Below, one piece after another: positions 1 through 11,374 of a stretch of 64,000 nt of DNA (its first letter is position 1; the number at the start of each line of letters is the position of its first letter). Origin of the DNA: Octopus bimaculoides. Taxonomy: Eukaryota. The stretch lies in the NCBI RefSeq assembly GCF_001194135.2, contig NC_068982.1:93457301-93521300 (forward strand), written 5' to 3'. A model generated the notes under the pieces. The model did no database searches. It saw only the letters and a program-made list of their open reading frames with translations, and was not told where the DNA came from. Position numbers and translations under genes: made by a program.

Positions 1-1149
1 GAGAATTATCGGAGTATTAGGTCAATATATATATATATATATAATCTGATACTTAAACGAGAGTAAAATGTCGTGCCCAGTATGTTAATATGTTGCTAAT
101 GTACCTGATAGAAATATTACTGAATGATCCAAAATAATCTGGACTATATCAAATACACCATACCATTTTACGACAAAATGTGGATTATTGTCATTGGCTC
201 GTTCTGGAAATTTCGATATTTATATATATANNNNNNNNNNNNNNNNNNNNNNNNNNNNNNNNNNNNNNNNNNNNNNNNNNNNNNNNNNNNNNNNNNNNNN
301 NNNNNNNNNNNNNNNNNNNNNNNNNNNNNNNNNNNNNNNNNNNNNNNNNNNNNNNNNNNNNNNNNNNNNNNNNNNNNNNNNNNNNNNNNNNNNNNNNNNN
401 NNNNNNNNNNNNNNNNNNNNNNNNNNNNNNNNNNNNNNNNNNNNNATATATATATTTCACTGGACCATGCCGCAATGACCTTCATGCAGTTGAATTTACA
501 TTTTTCTTATTTTTTAAGAGCGGTTATCCAAGAAAATTTGAATACGAAATTAATAAATCCCATGATTATTTAGTGCATTACGTTTTTCCAACTCTTATAT
601 GCTCGTCTTCAGTATTTAGTTTTCCCGGCCAACCCTTACTAACTGATTGTTTAATGTCAGGAATAATACTGAAATGAACATTTGTTACTGATTTCTTGAT
701 ATGATTTTTTTTTTTTTTAAGTTACAAATTCAACTTCAATTTCGTTTTTGATTCCCTTACAACATCCGTTCGAATGATTGTCAGACCGACACAAATTTGG
801 AATTATAATTTCCATTTGTTGCTATGTATGCATTCGCTATACGACCAAAATTCTCCACATCGATTACATTTTTTTTTCATCCTTCTATAAACAAACTTTC
901 TTTTCGTGTTGAATATAACATTTAAGACAGCTTTTTCATACATTTTGTTATATTTTTGCTTGTATAACAAGTAATTTTAGATATTTAAAAAAATCTAATT
1001 AGATAAAATTATTAAAAAATATCGTTAATGTCGTTTGTCACTGAGGTTGAACCATTAAGTAATAGCTCGGTTTCCTTAGCACGAATTTAGTGACTTAATG
1101 TATTACTCACTGATGGCTTCTCGTCACGTCAATCAATCATATAGTGCTG

Positions 1150-1412
1150 AAGGCGTGTGGCCTTGAGATTAGTGTTACACTGACGATTGCATGATCGTGG
1201 TTTCGATTCCCTGACAATGCGTTGTGTTCTTGAGCAAAGCACTTCATTTCACTTTGCTCTGGATCACTTAGCTGTAACTCCTACGACTGACTAGCATTGC
1301 GTTCACGGGATACGTGATCTCGATCAATTATACGCCATGGAAACCAGGTAACTGGCCCCTGTGAGTCCTAGGATTCGAGACCATAATATCCAGGGGTCGA
1401 TGATGATGACGA
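1150..1412 (+). mobile_element. tRNA-derived SINE (degenerate)
   Basis: A-box-like GGCGTGTGGCCTTGAGATTAG and B-box-like GGTTTCGATTCCC, then TGTGTTCTTGAGCAAAGCACTTCATTTCAC core and a (GAT)n tail. Similar to the copy at 61630-61870. Confidence 0.7.
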
Positions 1413-1963
1413 TTGATTTGTACTCATTATACATTTGGTGAAATTTATTCAAGTCAGTCAAAATACGCTTGTGTGTGTGTGTGTGTGCGTGCGAGTGTTT
1501 ATTCGGTCAGTTTTTCAGTAATTATTTTGTCTTACTTTTTGGGACCGACTACTTAATTTATTAAGATATCCGTTTCATAACTAATCCCCAGCCATAAATA
1601 CGAATTTCTGCTTGTCTCCAACGTTGTACGCTTTCAAATCTGCATTCAAACGTTGGAGATAAATTTTCCTTTTATCACGATTACGGTCGAATTGCTGAAG
1701 AATGGAAACACAAGTGACTGATATATTTGTGTTAAGTTGATAATCTACAATTGTTTTCTGGAATATAGAAAACGTTTCTATTTTTTGTTGTTGCTGTATA
1801 TCTGTTTGTGGTGACTGAATTTCTTTCGTTTGATGGTGTATTAACATTTGCGAGACAGTTGTCTCAATGAATAACTTTTTGCCTAGACTTTCGAAATAGC
1901 ATTGTAAAAAAGTCCAAAAAATTATGACAAAGAAATAAAAATACTGGTAGCAAGTCGTGATGA

Positions 1964-2176
1964 TAATAATAATAATAACCTTTTCTATAATAGGCACAAG
2001 GCCTCAAGTTTTGAGGAAGAGGACTAGTCGATTATACTGGTACTTAATCTATCGACCCCGAAGGGATGAAAGGCGTAGTCGACCTTAGCGGAATTTGAAC
2101 TCAAAACGTGAAGACGGAGGAAATACTATCAAGCATTTTGCTTGGCGTGCTAACGATTTTGCCAGCTCACCGCTTT
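1964..2176 (-). mobile_element. tRNA-derived SINE, family 1
   Basis: Reverse complement reads GCGGTGAGCTGGCAAAATCGTTAGCACGCC...GAGTTCAAATTCCGCTAAGGTCGAC...GCCTTTCATCCCTTCGGGGTCGATAG with an (ATT)n tail. Matches the copy at 12124-12341. Confidence 0.85.
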
Positions 2177-2352
2177 AATAATAATAATCCTTTCTATTAT
2201 AGGCACAAGGCCTGAAATTGGCGGTGCGGGGACTAGACGAGTACATCGACCCCAGTGTTTCACTTGTACTTATTTTATCGACCCCGAAAGGGTGAAAAGC
2301 AAAGTCGACCTCGGCGGAATTTGATCTCAGAAGTTAACTGTAGACGAAATAC

Positions 2353-4018
2353 TTATTTCTTTATTACCCCAAAAAGGCTATACAAAGAATTTTTAAGATA
2401 TCACAAAACATAAAGACGGTACAAAACGCAACAAACATAAATCGGGGAACTAAAAATTACAAAATCGAATGATAATAGAAGAAAAATTAAAATAAAATGA
2501 TAATATGCAAGAATGAATAAATGAGGCACAATGTCCACTCAACCCCCGAAGTCGGGTGGTTACATTTATCTAGTTTTTCACTTTCACGTTCAACATCATG
2601 TAGACATTTTAGCGGTTTTGCAACTCAAAAAATTGAAATACTCGCGTTACCTTTCTCCCATTAACCACTGTTACTTCCGTCCTTATCAATTGCAAATAAT
2701 CAGTTCTAGTGGGTGGTGTCTCCACCAACCATATCCGTTTCGTTTTATATTTTCACTAAGTTCTTTTATGTACTCTCAGTAGTTTTCCTCGTTTATCAAA
2801 ATGCATTCCCCAGCACGTTTCTCCGGCGTCTTCACTCTTACTATTTCCTCCGACTTCGCGAATTTTCTCTCCATCTGCACGCTCTTCTCGTACTTTATAA
2901 AACAAAACCCTTGTATTTTACATCTTTATCCGTTCTATCCTCCTCTTCTTGTGCATTATTAGTTTCTGGCTTTTCTATCTCTTTTTTGTTTTCTGTTGAC
3001 CGTTCCTTTGACTTATTTTCTTTCGCTTTTTAGGGTTAGTAGCTCCATTTTCGTTCTTCTCCTTTGTTTTCTCTGTTTCACACTTCTGTCTCTCTTTCGT
3101 TTCCTCAGTGTGGTCTACAATGTTTTCCTCCTCTGCATGTGCTTTCTCTTGCTGTGGCTGTGTGAACTCATATAGGGGTCATTTGGTCTTCATATGATCT
3201 CTTTCTCCGCATATGTATCAATTTGGTTTCCTTCTCTCGACTACAACATTTAACGTTCTCTCATTCTCCACTTCTATCTGGTATGGAATTCTTTCTATGT
3301 CCTCGAATGTGACAAAAAGCCACATTTCGAGTCCAAATCCCCACCATTTGCGCACTTTCAATTCCGCCACTGGTCCCAATTCCGGCTCCTCCTTGGTTGC
3401 ACTCAGTACTGTTGCAACCAACCATTCCGGTTTAATCTCTGGTGGCACTCTGGGAATACGTATTTTCACACTTCTTCTTCCTCTATAACTTGGTAGTAAT
3501 GCTATTTTTGTATTTCTTAAAATGTTGGACGCATGCTTGGTTGCCTCTTCTATAGTGGCGAAACTCACCTCAACCGTACCGAACTTTCTTCCTCTGCTGA
3601 TGTACGTGGCTTCATTCACAATTTCACCCAGGCACTCCTAGATTTCCTATTCCGTCACCATTTGAATTTTAGAGGTTTCGACAGCCTGTGTACGATACAC
3701 AACTGTCCTCAGAATTTTTTTTTCTTTAGTCTCTTTTGGGGGACACAATTTGTATGAGTCTCCCTCAACTTCCTGCTTCTGGTCACCTCCTCCATATCCA
3801 ACTTGATTAACTTGGTTTTCAGTGTCCCTGGTGTAGCTCTCCATACTGGAGACCCTTATCACTCGCCACAGCTGGAGGAAAGAAAACAAAAAAAAACAGC
3901 GGTTCGCGTGAAACGTAACAACAATAATTTCACAATTATTCACAGAGACAACTTACAGTAATTCACACAGTTTTCACAGAGTAACGCAGCAGTTTTCACA
4001 ATAATTCACAGAGACGTT
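2353..4018 (-). mobile_element. ORF1-only Tx1/L1-like non-LTR element, copy A (degenerate gag-like ORF with CCHC knuckle)
   Basis: ORF pieces GRKFGTVEVSFAT...LLPSYRGRRSVKIRIPRVPPEIKPEWL...VVERRKPN*YICGERDHMKTK*. 3' end GGGTAATAAAGAAA, 5' end AACGTCTCTGTGAATT. No EN/RT sequence recognisable between the ends. Confidence 0.75.
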
Positions 4019-4024
4019 ATACCG

Positions 4025-5606
4025 ATTTCTTTATTACCCATAAAGGGCTATACAAAGAATTTATTAAGACATCACAAAACATAAAGACAGTACAAAACGC
4101 AAACATAAAATCGGGGTCATTAAAATAAAATGATAATATGCAAGAATGAAAAAAAAATGAGGCGCAATGTCCACTCGATCCCCGAAGTCGGGTGGTTACA
4201 GTTATCCAGTTTTTCACTTTTACGTTCAACGTCATGTAAACATTTTAACGGTTTTGTAACTCACAAAATTNNNNNNNNNNGAAGTCGGGTGGTTACAGTT
4301 ATCCAGTTTTTCACTTTTACGTTCAACGTCATGTAAACATTTTAACGGTTTTGTAACTCACAAAATTCAAACACTCGCGTTACCTTTCTTCCATTAATCA
4401 TTGTTACTTCCGTCCTTAACAACTGCAAATAATCAGTTCTAGGGGGTGGTGTCTCCACCAACCATACCCGTTTCGTTTTATATTTTCACCAAGTTCTTTT
4501 ATGTACTCCCAGGAGTTTCTCTCTTGTATTAAAATGCATTTCTCAGCACATTTCTCTGGTATTTTCACTGTTAATGTTCCCTCCAACTTCTCGACTTTTC
4601 TCTCCATCTGCTCGCAATTCTCATACTTTATCAAAAACCCCTTGTATTTCACATCTTTATCCGTTCTCTCCTCCTCTTCTTGTACATTATTAGTTTCTGA
4701 CTTTTCTATCTCTTTTATGTTTTCTGTTGACCGTTCCTTTGACTTATTTTTCTTTCGTTTTTTAGGGTTAGTAGCTCCATTTTCGATCTTCTCCTTTGTT
4801 TTCTCTGTTTCACACTTCTGTCTCTTTCATTTCCTCAGTGTGGTCTACAATGTTTTCCTCCTCTTCTTGTGCTTTCTCTTGCTGTGGCTGTGTGAACTCA
4901 TATAGGGGTCATTTGGTCTTCATATGATCTCTTTCTCCGCATATGTAGCAATTTGGTTTCCTTCCCTCGACTACAACATTTAACGTTTTCTCGTCCTCCA
5001 CTTNNNNNNNNNNNNNNNNNNNNNNNNNNNNNNNNNNNNNNNNNNNNNNNNNNNNNNNNNNNNNNNNNNNNNNNNNNNNNNNNNNNNNNNNNNNNNNNNN
5101 NNNNNNNNNNNNNNNNNNNNNNNNNNNNNNNNNNNNNNNNNNNNNNNNNNNNNNNNNNNNNNNNNNNNNNNNNNNNNNNNNNNNNNNNNNNNNNNNNNNN
5201 NNNNNNNNNNNNNNNNNNNNNNNNNNNNNNNNNNNNNNNNNNNNNNNNNNNNNNNNNNNNNNNNNNNNNNNNNNNNNNNNNNNNNNNNNNNNTTTTTTCT
5301 TCTTTAGTCTCTTTTGGGGGACACAATTTGTATGAGTCTCCCTCAACTTCTATCAAATTCCTGCTTCTGGTCACCTTCTCCGTATCCAACTTGATTAACT
5401 TGGTTTCTAGCGGCACTGGCTTCCTCACCGCAGTGGCCTTGGTGTAGCTCTCCATACTGGAGACACTACCACTTGCCATAGCTGGGGAAAAAATGCAGCA
5501 GCTCTGTGAAACGTAACCGTAATAATTCCACAAAAATCACAATTATTTACCGAGACAGTTTTCACAAAGTAACACAACCGTATTCACAATAATTCACAGA
5601 GACGTT
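4025..5606 (-). mobile_element. ORF1-only Tx1/L1-like element, copy B (contains assembly gaps)
   Basis: Same 5' and 3' ends as copy A. VEDEKTLNVVVEGRKPNCYICGERDHMKTK is a CX2CX4HX4(C) knuckle. The 5' region differs from copy A by substitutions and indels. Confidence 0.75.
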
Positions 5607-5734
5607 ATACCGCTAAGCGGTTCGACTGGCGTGCTAACGATTCTGCCAGCTCGCCACTTTAATTTATCCGTCTACCTATCTATGCTATAATGGAGATAGC
5701 TGCTTATTAATTAGGTATTATATGTTCTAAAAAA

Positions 5735-7285
5735 TTTCTTTCTTTATTGCCCACAAGGGGCCAATGAAGAGGGGACAATACAAGACATGTGGGACATATA
5801 ACATATGAAGGTGAATGATATGGCTTTGTACAAATAAAGATGAGACGGTCACTCCGGCCCCACTCCGGGATAGTTACGTTTTTACAATTAATTCAAAATG
5901 TTTCTATAATTTTTCGTTTTTTTCTTTTTCTTTTAAAGCGTTCATTGTTCATTCAGTTTTTCCTAAAAGTTAATTCTCAATAATTTTTTTTACTTACTAC
6001 TTGATGTCTTTCTTTATCTAGTCATATTCTACCACTGGGGTGCGGGGTTCATTTCTCACCCTCGACCCCAGTGGATTCACATTTGATGGAAATGCTTCTT
6101 TTAGTGTTTTATATTTTTCTTCATTTATCAAAATACACCTCGTGTCTTTATCATAACCTTCTGGTGAGTTTATTTTTGTAATACGTTTCATTTTTGTAAT
6201 CTTTCTTTCAATTTTTTGGTTTGTGCAATGTGTTACTAATTATATCCTGTTTCTCTATGTGTTCTCACCCTGTTGTGCATTTTGTGTGTGTCTACGTCTC
6301 TGTGTTTACTTGGTGATTCCGTGCTGCTAGTGATGTTTTTCCTTTTTTTTTTTTTTCGGTGAACCTATGGGCTGCTTGTTTTAATGGGTATGTTTCTTCC
6401 TGTGATTTATGTTTCATTTGCTGTAGTTCCTACTTGGGTGGTGTATTTCTCCTCTCTCTCTATTTCTTGTTCCTACGTTTGTAAACTATGTGTCCTGTTC
6501 TTCGTCTCGGGATTTTTGCTCTAATTCCATTGCGCATTCTTGTGCTTCGATCTCTGGAACCTCCTTCACTTGTTGGGGACACCTTTTTTTATGTGTCCCC
6601 TCTCCCCGCAAGAAAAGCAGGTACGGAGCCTTCCATCCAATATTACTTCCAATTTTACCTCATTTAGTAGTTCTAGTATCTCCGGTATTCCAACATATTC
6701 TGTTTGATTGACTCGAAAAAACATCTCCAGCCCGTAACCCCACGAATTTATTTCTTGGGTCCGGGTTATCTGGAGGATGCTAATGCTTTCATTTCCTTCT
6801 TCGTCTCCCACGTCAAAGATTGCCGCTATCAGCCACTCGGGTTCTATTTCAGGCGGAATTCTGCCTACCCTAACTCTTGTCCAGGTATGTAGGCAGGAGG
6901 GTTCACTCGTCCGAATGTAACGGCACAGCGGAGTACTTTTTGGAGGCGAAAGTGACCACCACCGTGCCGTACCTTCTACTTCTTGTGTAAAAGGTAATAA
7001 CGTCTTTAATCTCCTCTAGGCATTTTCCTACCTCTTCCTGTGCTGCCATATCCACTTTTCTCTTGCTTCTCGAGAACGTTCTGTATATAATCTCTTTTTT
7101 TTTCCCCCCCCATTTCTTTCAATTCTTCTTCTGTTGGGGTCAAGTTTATGTTAGACCCTTCTTTCTGTATCCTTTCTTGGTATTTTTGTATGAGCACGTC
7201 TTTGAAATCTACTTCATATTACTTCAGCAAAGTTGGGTCATGTTTGAACTTGTAGTGAAACCTCTATCGGGCATTCAATCATAAA
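5735..7285 (-). mobile_element. ORF1-only Tx1/L1-like element, copy C (diverged family, frameshifted)
   Basis: RSRRYGTVVVTFAS...RVGRIPPEIEPEWL...LEVILDGRLRTCFSCGERGHIKK. 3' end CCCTTGTGGGCAATAAAGAAAGAAA at 5735-5759. Confidence 0.65.
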
Positions 7286-8145
7286 TGATAACGAAGCTGC
7301 TAACATCTAGCCTTCGGCTGCCTTGGTCCCTTCTGTCCACTATCCTGATTAGTTCTTATTTGCGCGGCAATTGTCCCCATGTTCTGCTTGCTAAGGGGGC
7401 ATTACGTCCAATCGTAGCTTCAGCTAAAGTCACGTGATAGAGTTTTACTGGGTTTCCGGCGAGCCCTTTTTCGCCTATAAATAAGCCCGATCCAACGACG
7501 GCAATCGTCTTCGATTTCAGATCTTCCACAGGTCTGGTCGTTGACCACAAATATACAGAACACAGCTACAGCCAGTTCCAGCGCCGACGTCTTCACCACC
7601 AATGTACTGTCTACCTTTGTCGTCGCCAGCAACACCAACCTCAACAAGCGCGGTTTTATCTCGACGCTGTATGCGTGGAGTTTCCACTCGCGAACAACAA
7701 TCAGAACTAACCAGCCAGAATAAACTATACCAGGTAACACAGGTCACAGCTCTGCTACTTGGCCACAACTTCCTGCGTATGAACATTCTATCTCCTTGTG
7801 TAACTCTTATACGAACTGGTTTTCTCTATTCTCAGTGTTTTAAGACTTTTTACAGTCTGTTACAGACACTCTTTCTATGTTCTGTGTTTCCTCTCATTCT
7901 CACGCACACTTGTACTCTCACATATTGTACACTCACTATTGTTTATACGACTGTCCGTCACTTCACATTGTTGTATACATTCTCTTGAACACAAAGGCCC
8001 GACTTATCTACTGCGTTAATTTTATATGTCGCATGCACGCGCACACAGACACAAACAGTTTCACTTTGTTAATAAATTTATTCTCATTATATATCTAACG
8101 GTTGAGTTCATCCTAAGTTCTTTTACTGGCACCATGGCTCGTATC
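7286..8145 (+). mobile_element. Possible LTR with degenerate primer-binding site
   Basis: Starts TGATA. CCTATAAATA TATA-like box near 7475, AATAAA near 8071, then TGGCACCATGGCTCG at 8127, resembling a decayed tRNA-His-type PBS (TGGTGCCGTGACTCG). No canonical CA end and no second LTR. Confidence 0.3.
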
Positions 8146-8289
8146 TCTTACGACCGTGCGACATGGTAAAAAGGAGCCTTTACCGTCTACATCTCCTTTG
8201 GTTCGTACGGTCGAATTATTACAAACTCACTTCGGAGTAAATTGATATTGTTCATATCAATTTTAAAAATTTCAGTGCCTTTTGGTGCG

Positions 8290-9605
8290 TCAAATTCTTT
8301 TATCATTCTTGCTGTTGGGATATTTTAAATTTTCGTAATTAAACATTCATTTTTCGCATTTATCACTATTAGTTGTGCCGAATGGTTAAAAATAATTTCC
8401 ATTTGGGGGGGGGGGGTTCTGAATTTTCTATATTATTTTGTTTTTCTGTGCTTTTCTCAACATCGGGCTTGATGGTACAAGTTGACAATAGTTTCTCTTT
8501 TGCCTTTTTTCCTTCCGTTGTTGTTGCCACCCCACGTCTTCTGTATTTTCTGTCATTTCTTCTGTTGGTCTTGGTGATAATTCTGTGATGATGGCGATGT
8601 TGTTTTAAAGGTGGGGGATTTGGTGCTTCCTTGCGGGGAGGTTTGCATTTGGATATGATGTGACCTAGCTGACCACATCTAAAACACCGAGGCTTCCTCC
8701 CTTCTACCATTACCTGAAGCTTGTTATCCCCCACCTCGACAAACTCTATTATATTTTCAACGTCAACAGGGAAAGCTTGAACACTCATGTTGATCTCCTT
8801 CCCTTGCCAATTTTGGCATTCCGTCACCCTGGCTTGTAAAATTGCCATTTTATCCTCCATGCCATAACATATTTCTGTCACAAGATAGCCTGCATTCACT
8901 TCCGGAGGAATTTCACCCGCTTTAACCCTAGATGTTCGTCTTCCCAGGTAAGTGAGTAAAAGTACCACCTCCGCTGTCCTTGGTATTTCGGTAGAGTTTA
9001 GTTTTACCAGTTCCTCGGATTTGTAGTATTACGTATTTTTTTCCTCTTGCTAGGAAGGTGATGTCATTTCATTTCTGCTTCAAAGCTAGTTCCACAGCTT
9101 CTTTGGAAGTTATATCCAATATTTTGTCTTTTACAATCCAACTTTTGTAAATTACAGTTCTCTTTTTAACACTTTCCATTGTCTCATCGGTAGCGGCAAT
9201 TTTTAATTCCTGCCCTTCCCTTTGAAACTTCTCGTTATACTTTCTCAACTCTTTTGGTTCGGAGTTTATTTTAGTTTTTGCCACACTGGCTGCTGCAGTG
9301 AAATTTTAAACTCCTTTTTTGCTTGTTGGTTCCATCGTGTATTTTGTAGCTTGGGGTTCTATGACTGGAGTCATGTTGTTAGGTATACTGCCCCAGCGAA
9401 TAACAACTCCCCCTTGAAACAAGGGGGACACGTCAACGAATACTTTCACAAACAATAGCAGTGTTCAACAAATGTAACAACATAAAAGCTCAACAGATTA
9501 ACAACAGTATATGTAACTCACAATAAAACCTCCAGCACAGCAATAGAACAAAATCTTATTCAGTACCACTAAGCCAAATAAACAAGCAAGTTGCGCGAAT
9601 GACTG
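8290..9605 (-). mobile_element. ORF1-only Tx1/L1-like element, copy D (diverged family)
   Basis: ORF 8369-8968: LLTYLGRRTSRVKAGEIPPEV...LQVMVEGRKPRCFRCGQLGHIISKC (complete CCHC knuckle). Upstream frameshifted piece 9069-9284. 5' end CAGTCATTCGCGCAACTTG. 9-bp hairpin in the 5' UTR (9408-9428). Confidence 0.7.
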
Positions 9606-10070
9606 CAACAGTGACGCACACACACACACTCATGCCCACACATAGATACACATACACACAAATGAAAGGCAATGAATGTGTGTGTGTGTGTAGTATGCTA
9701 TTCACTGACAAAACTTCGTGCTGCATCACTTTTGTGAAGTTTTGTCAGTGAAGAAGCCACAGTTTGAAAGCGACGAAAATATCTTAACACAAATGGAATT
9801 TTTATGTTGAAGTGAAACTAACGGTTTTTGTGTGTTCTTGAATGGCTTACTAACATTTTCCACACTGCAATTGTTTTTGTTTCAGCAAACAATCTCAGAT
9901 CAAGTCACTTACTATGCAAGTACATCTCCGTAATTTTTTCAAAATCACTGTGGATCAAAGCCAGCAATGACCTTCTCAGGCTCTCCAATATTTTAATTTC
10001 TAAACAGAAACAATTGGGAGTGGGGTTGGACAAAATTCATAATTTCTCAAATTTTCTTTTTTATAGCATA

Positions 10071-11374
10071 CTAGCAGTATAGCCCGGCGCTGCACGGGAT
10101 TAAGCTAGGATTATTAAGTGACCAAGTGGTTTATTTCAAACCAAAATAAGTAACATGGACATCAGATTTGAGCGAAATCCGTTGAAATTGGTTTGGCTGA
10201 AAATGGTTTGCTGGCAATTTAATTGGGAAATCCCATAAGGAATCAGTTTATTGGTTATTTCCACTCATTGACTGTTTTTTTTAAAGTTGCATCAGAGATC
10301 TGCATAGGAAAAGGTTGATCTGAAGGTTTGCATTGGGGATGTGAATTGGAGTAACTTAGGAAAACTTACCAATAGCCTTAACCGAAAAATAAGGGGCTTG
10401 TCCCTTCTAGGTTAACTCTAACCCTAACCCTGACCCTAAAACTGTAACCCTAACACCAACCCTAATCCTAACCGTAAAACTCTAACCCTAACCGTAACAC
10501 CCTAGTGGAAATCGTGCGGTTGTTAATCTGAAACATTACAAAACCCATTTTGTGGTCCGAAAAACGGGTTGGGGGCGGTGACTGACAAATTGTTACATAC
10601 GTTTTTGTTTCATAGTTGTGAAATATAAGCAAAACTCTTTCGCTCCCAAAGTAGTATATGTGCGTGTGTGAGAGTGAGAGGGGGGAGAAAGATGAACGAT
10701 TTAAAACAAATAAATGATTTAAAATAAATATATTTGAATTGTTGTGTGAGAAAATATATATAATCTCATTATAGAATATAGTGTCTTTCAAAAACATCGT
10801 ATATTTTAAACTATATCTCATGTTTAAGAAAAAAAAATGTTTTTACATTTTACACTTACTCTGTCTTAACTACATTTTCATTCCTAATACGCTTTCTGTC
10901 TCCCTTTTCCACTTTTTCGTTCTTTTGTTTGTTTGTTTGTTTTTTGTTTTTGTTTTTTGTTAGACGCTAGCAAAGTAAACTGTCTTGCTTAGAAAAATTT
11001 GCTTTGATTTCTGTCTGCCTTAACCACTTTTTTCATTTTTTTTTTTTGGACGCTAGCAAACACTATCTCTCTCCTGTCACAAACACACTATTTCTTTCTT
11101 TCTTTCTGTCTCTGTCTCTCTCTCTCTCTCCTTCACGCGCGTACGCACAGATTTGACTTCGCCATGTCAACAAACTTCAAAATTGATAAAAGTTTATCGA
11201 CTTTTACAGCTATACGCGGGTGCCTCTGAGAGAAATATTTGGCGAAAATGCACATAATGTCATGACACATCACCTCCTAAAATTGGAGCGACATGCGTGC
11301 TAATTTGTGGACTTGCATAAACTACATTCACGTACACACACACACAAACATCCTCTCTTTTATATATATACAGA
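10071..11374 (-). mobile_element. Complete non-autonomous Helitron
   Basis: Minus-strand 5' end A|TCTGTATATATATAAAA (11374). 3' end hairpin CCCGTGCAGCGCCGGG followed by CTAG|T (10071). AT target site, no TSD. Confidence 0.85.
10413..10503 (+). repeat. Degenerate (TAACCC)n telomere-like tract inside the Helitron
   Basis: TAACTCTAACCCTAACCCTGACCCTAAAACTGTAACCCTAACACCAACCCTAATCCTAACC... Confidence 0.85.

Larger units (their letters stand above)
2177..5660 (-). mobile_element. Family-1 SINE split into 2177-2352 and 5607-5660 by two retroelement insertions
   Basis: Joining ...TAGACGAAATAC (ends 2352) to CGCTAAGCGGTTCGACTGGCGTGCTAACG (from 5611) restores the SINE head seen intact, on the opposite strand, at 12124-12200 (AAATGCTTAACGGTATTTCGTC). 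Confidence 0.85.

Noticed and set aside
4180-4370. Apparent about 90-bp tandem duplication in copy B (similar cases around 36240, 43232, 43656 and 47095)
   Set aside because: Each is centred on a 10-N gap with the same sequence on both sides, the signature of unmerged overlapping contig ends rather than biology.
9690-10074. Possible MITE bounded by GTAGTATGCTA / TAGCATACTAG
   Set aside because: Part of the match is the Helitron's own CTAG. After removing the Helitron only 7 bp remain, which is compatible with chance.
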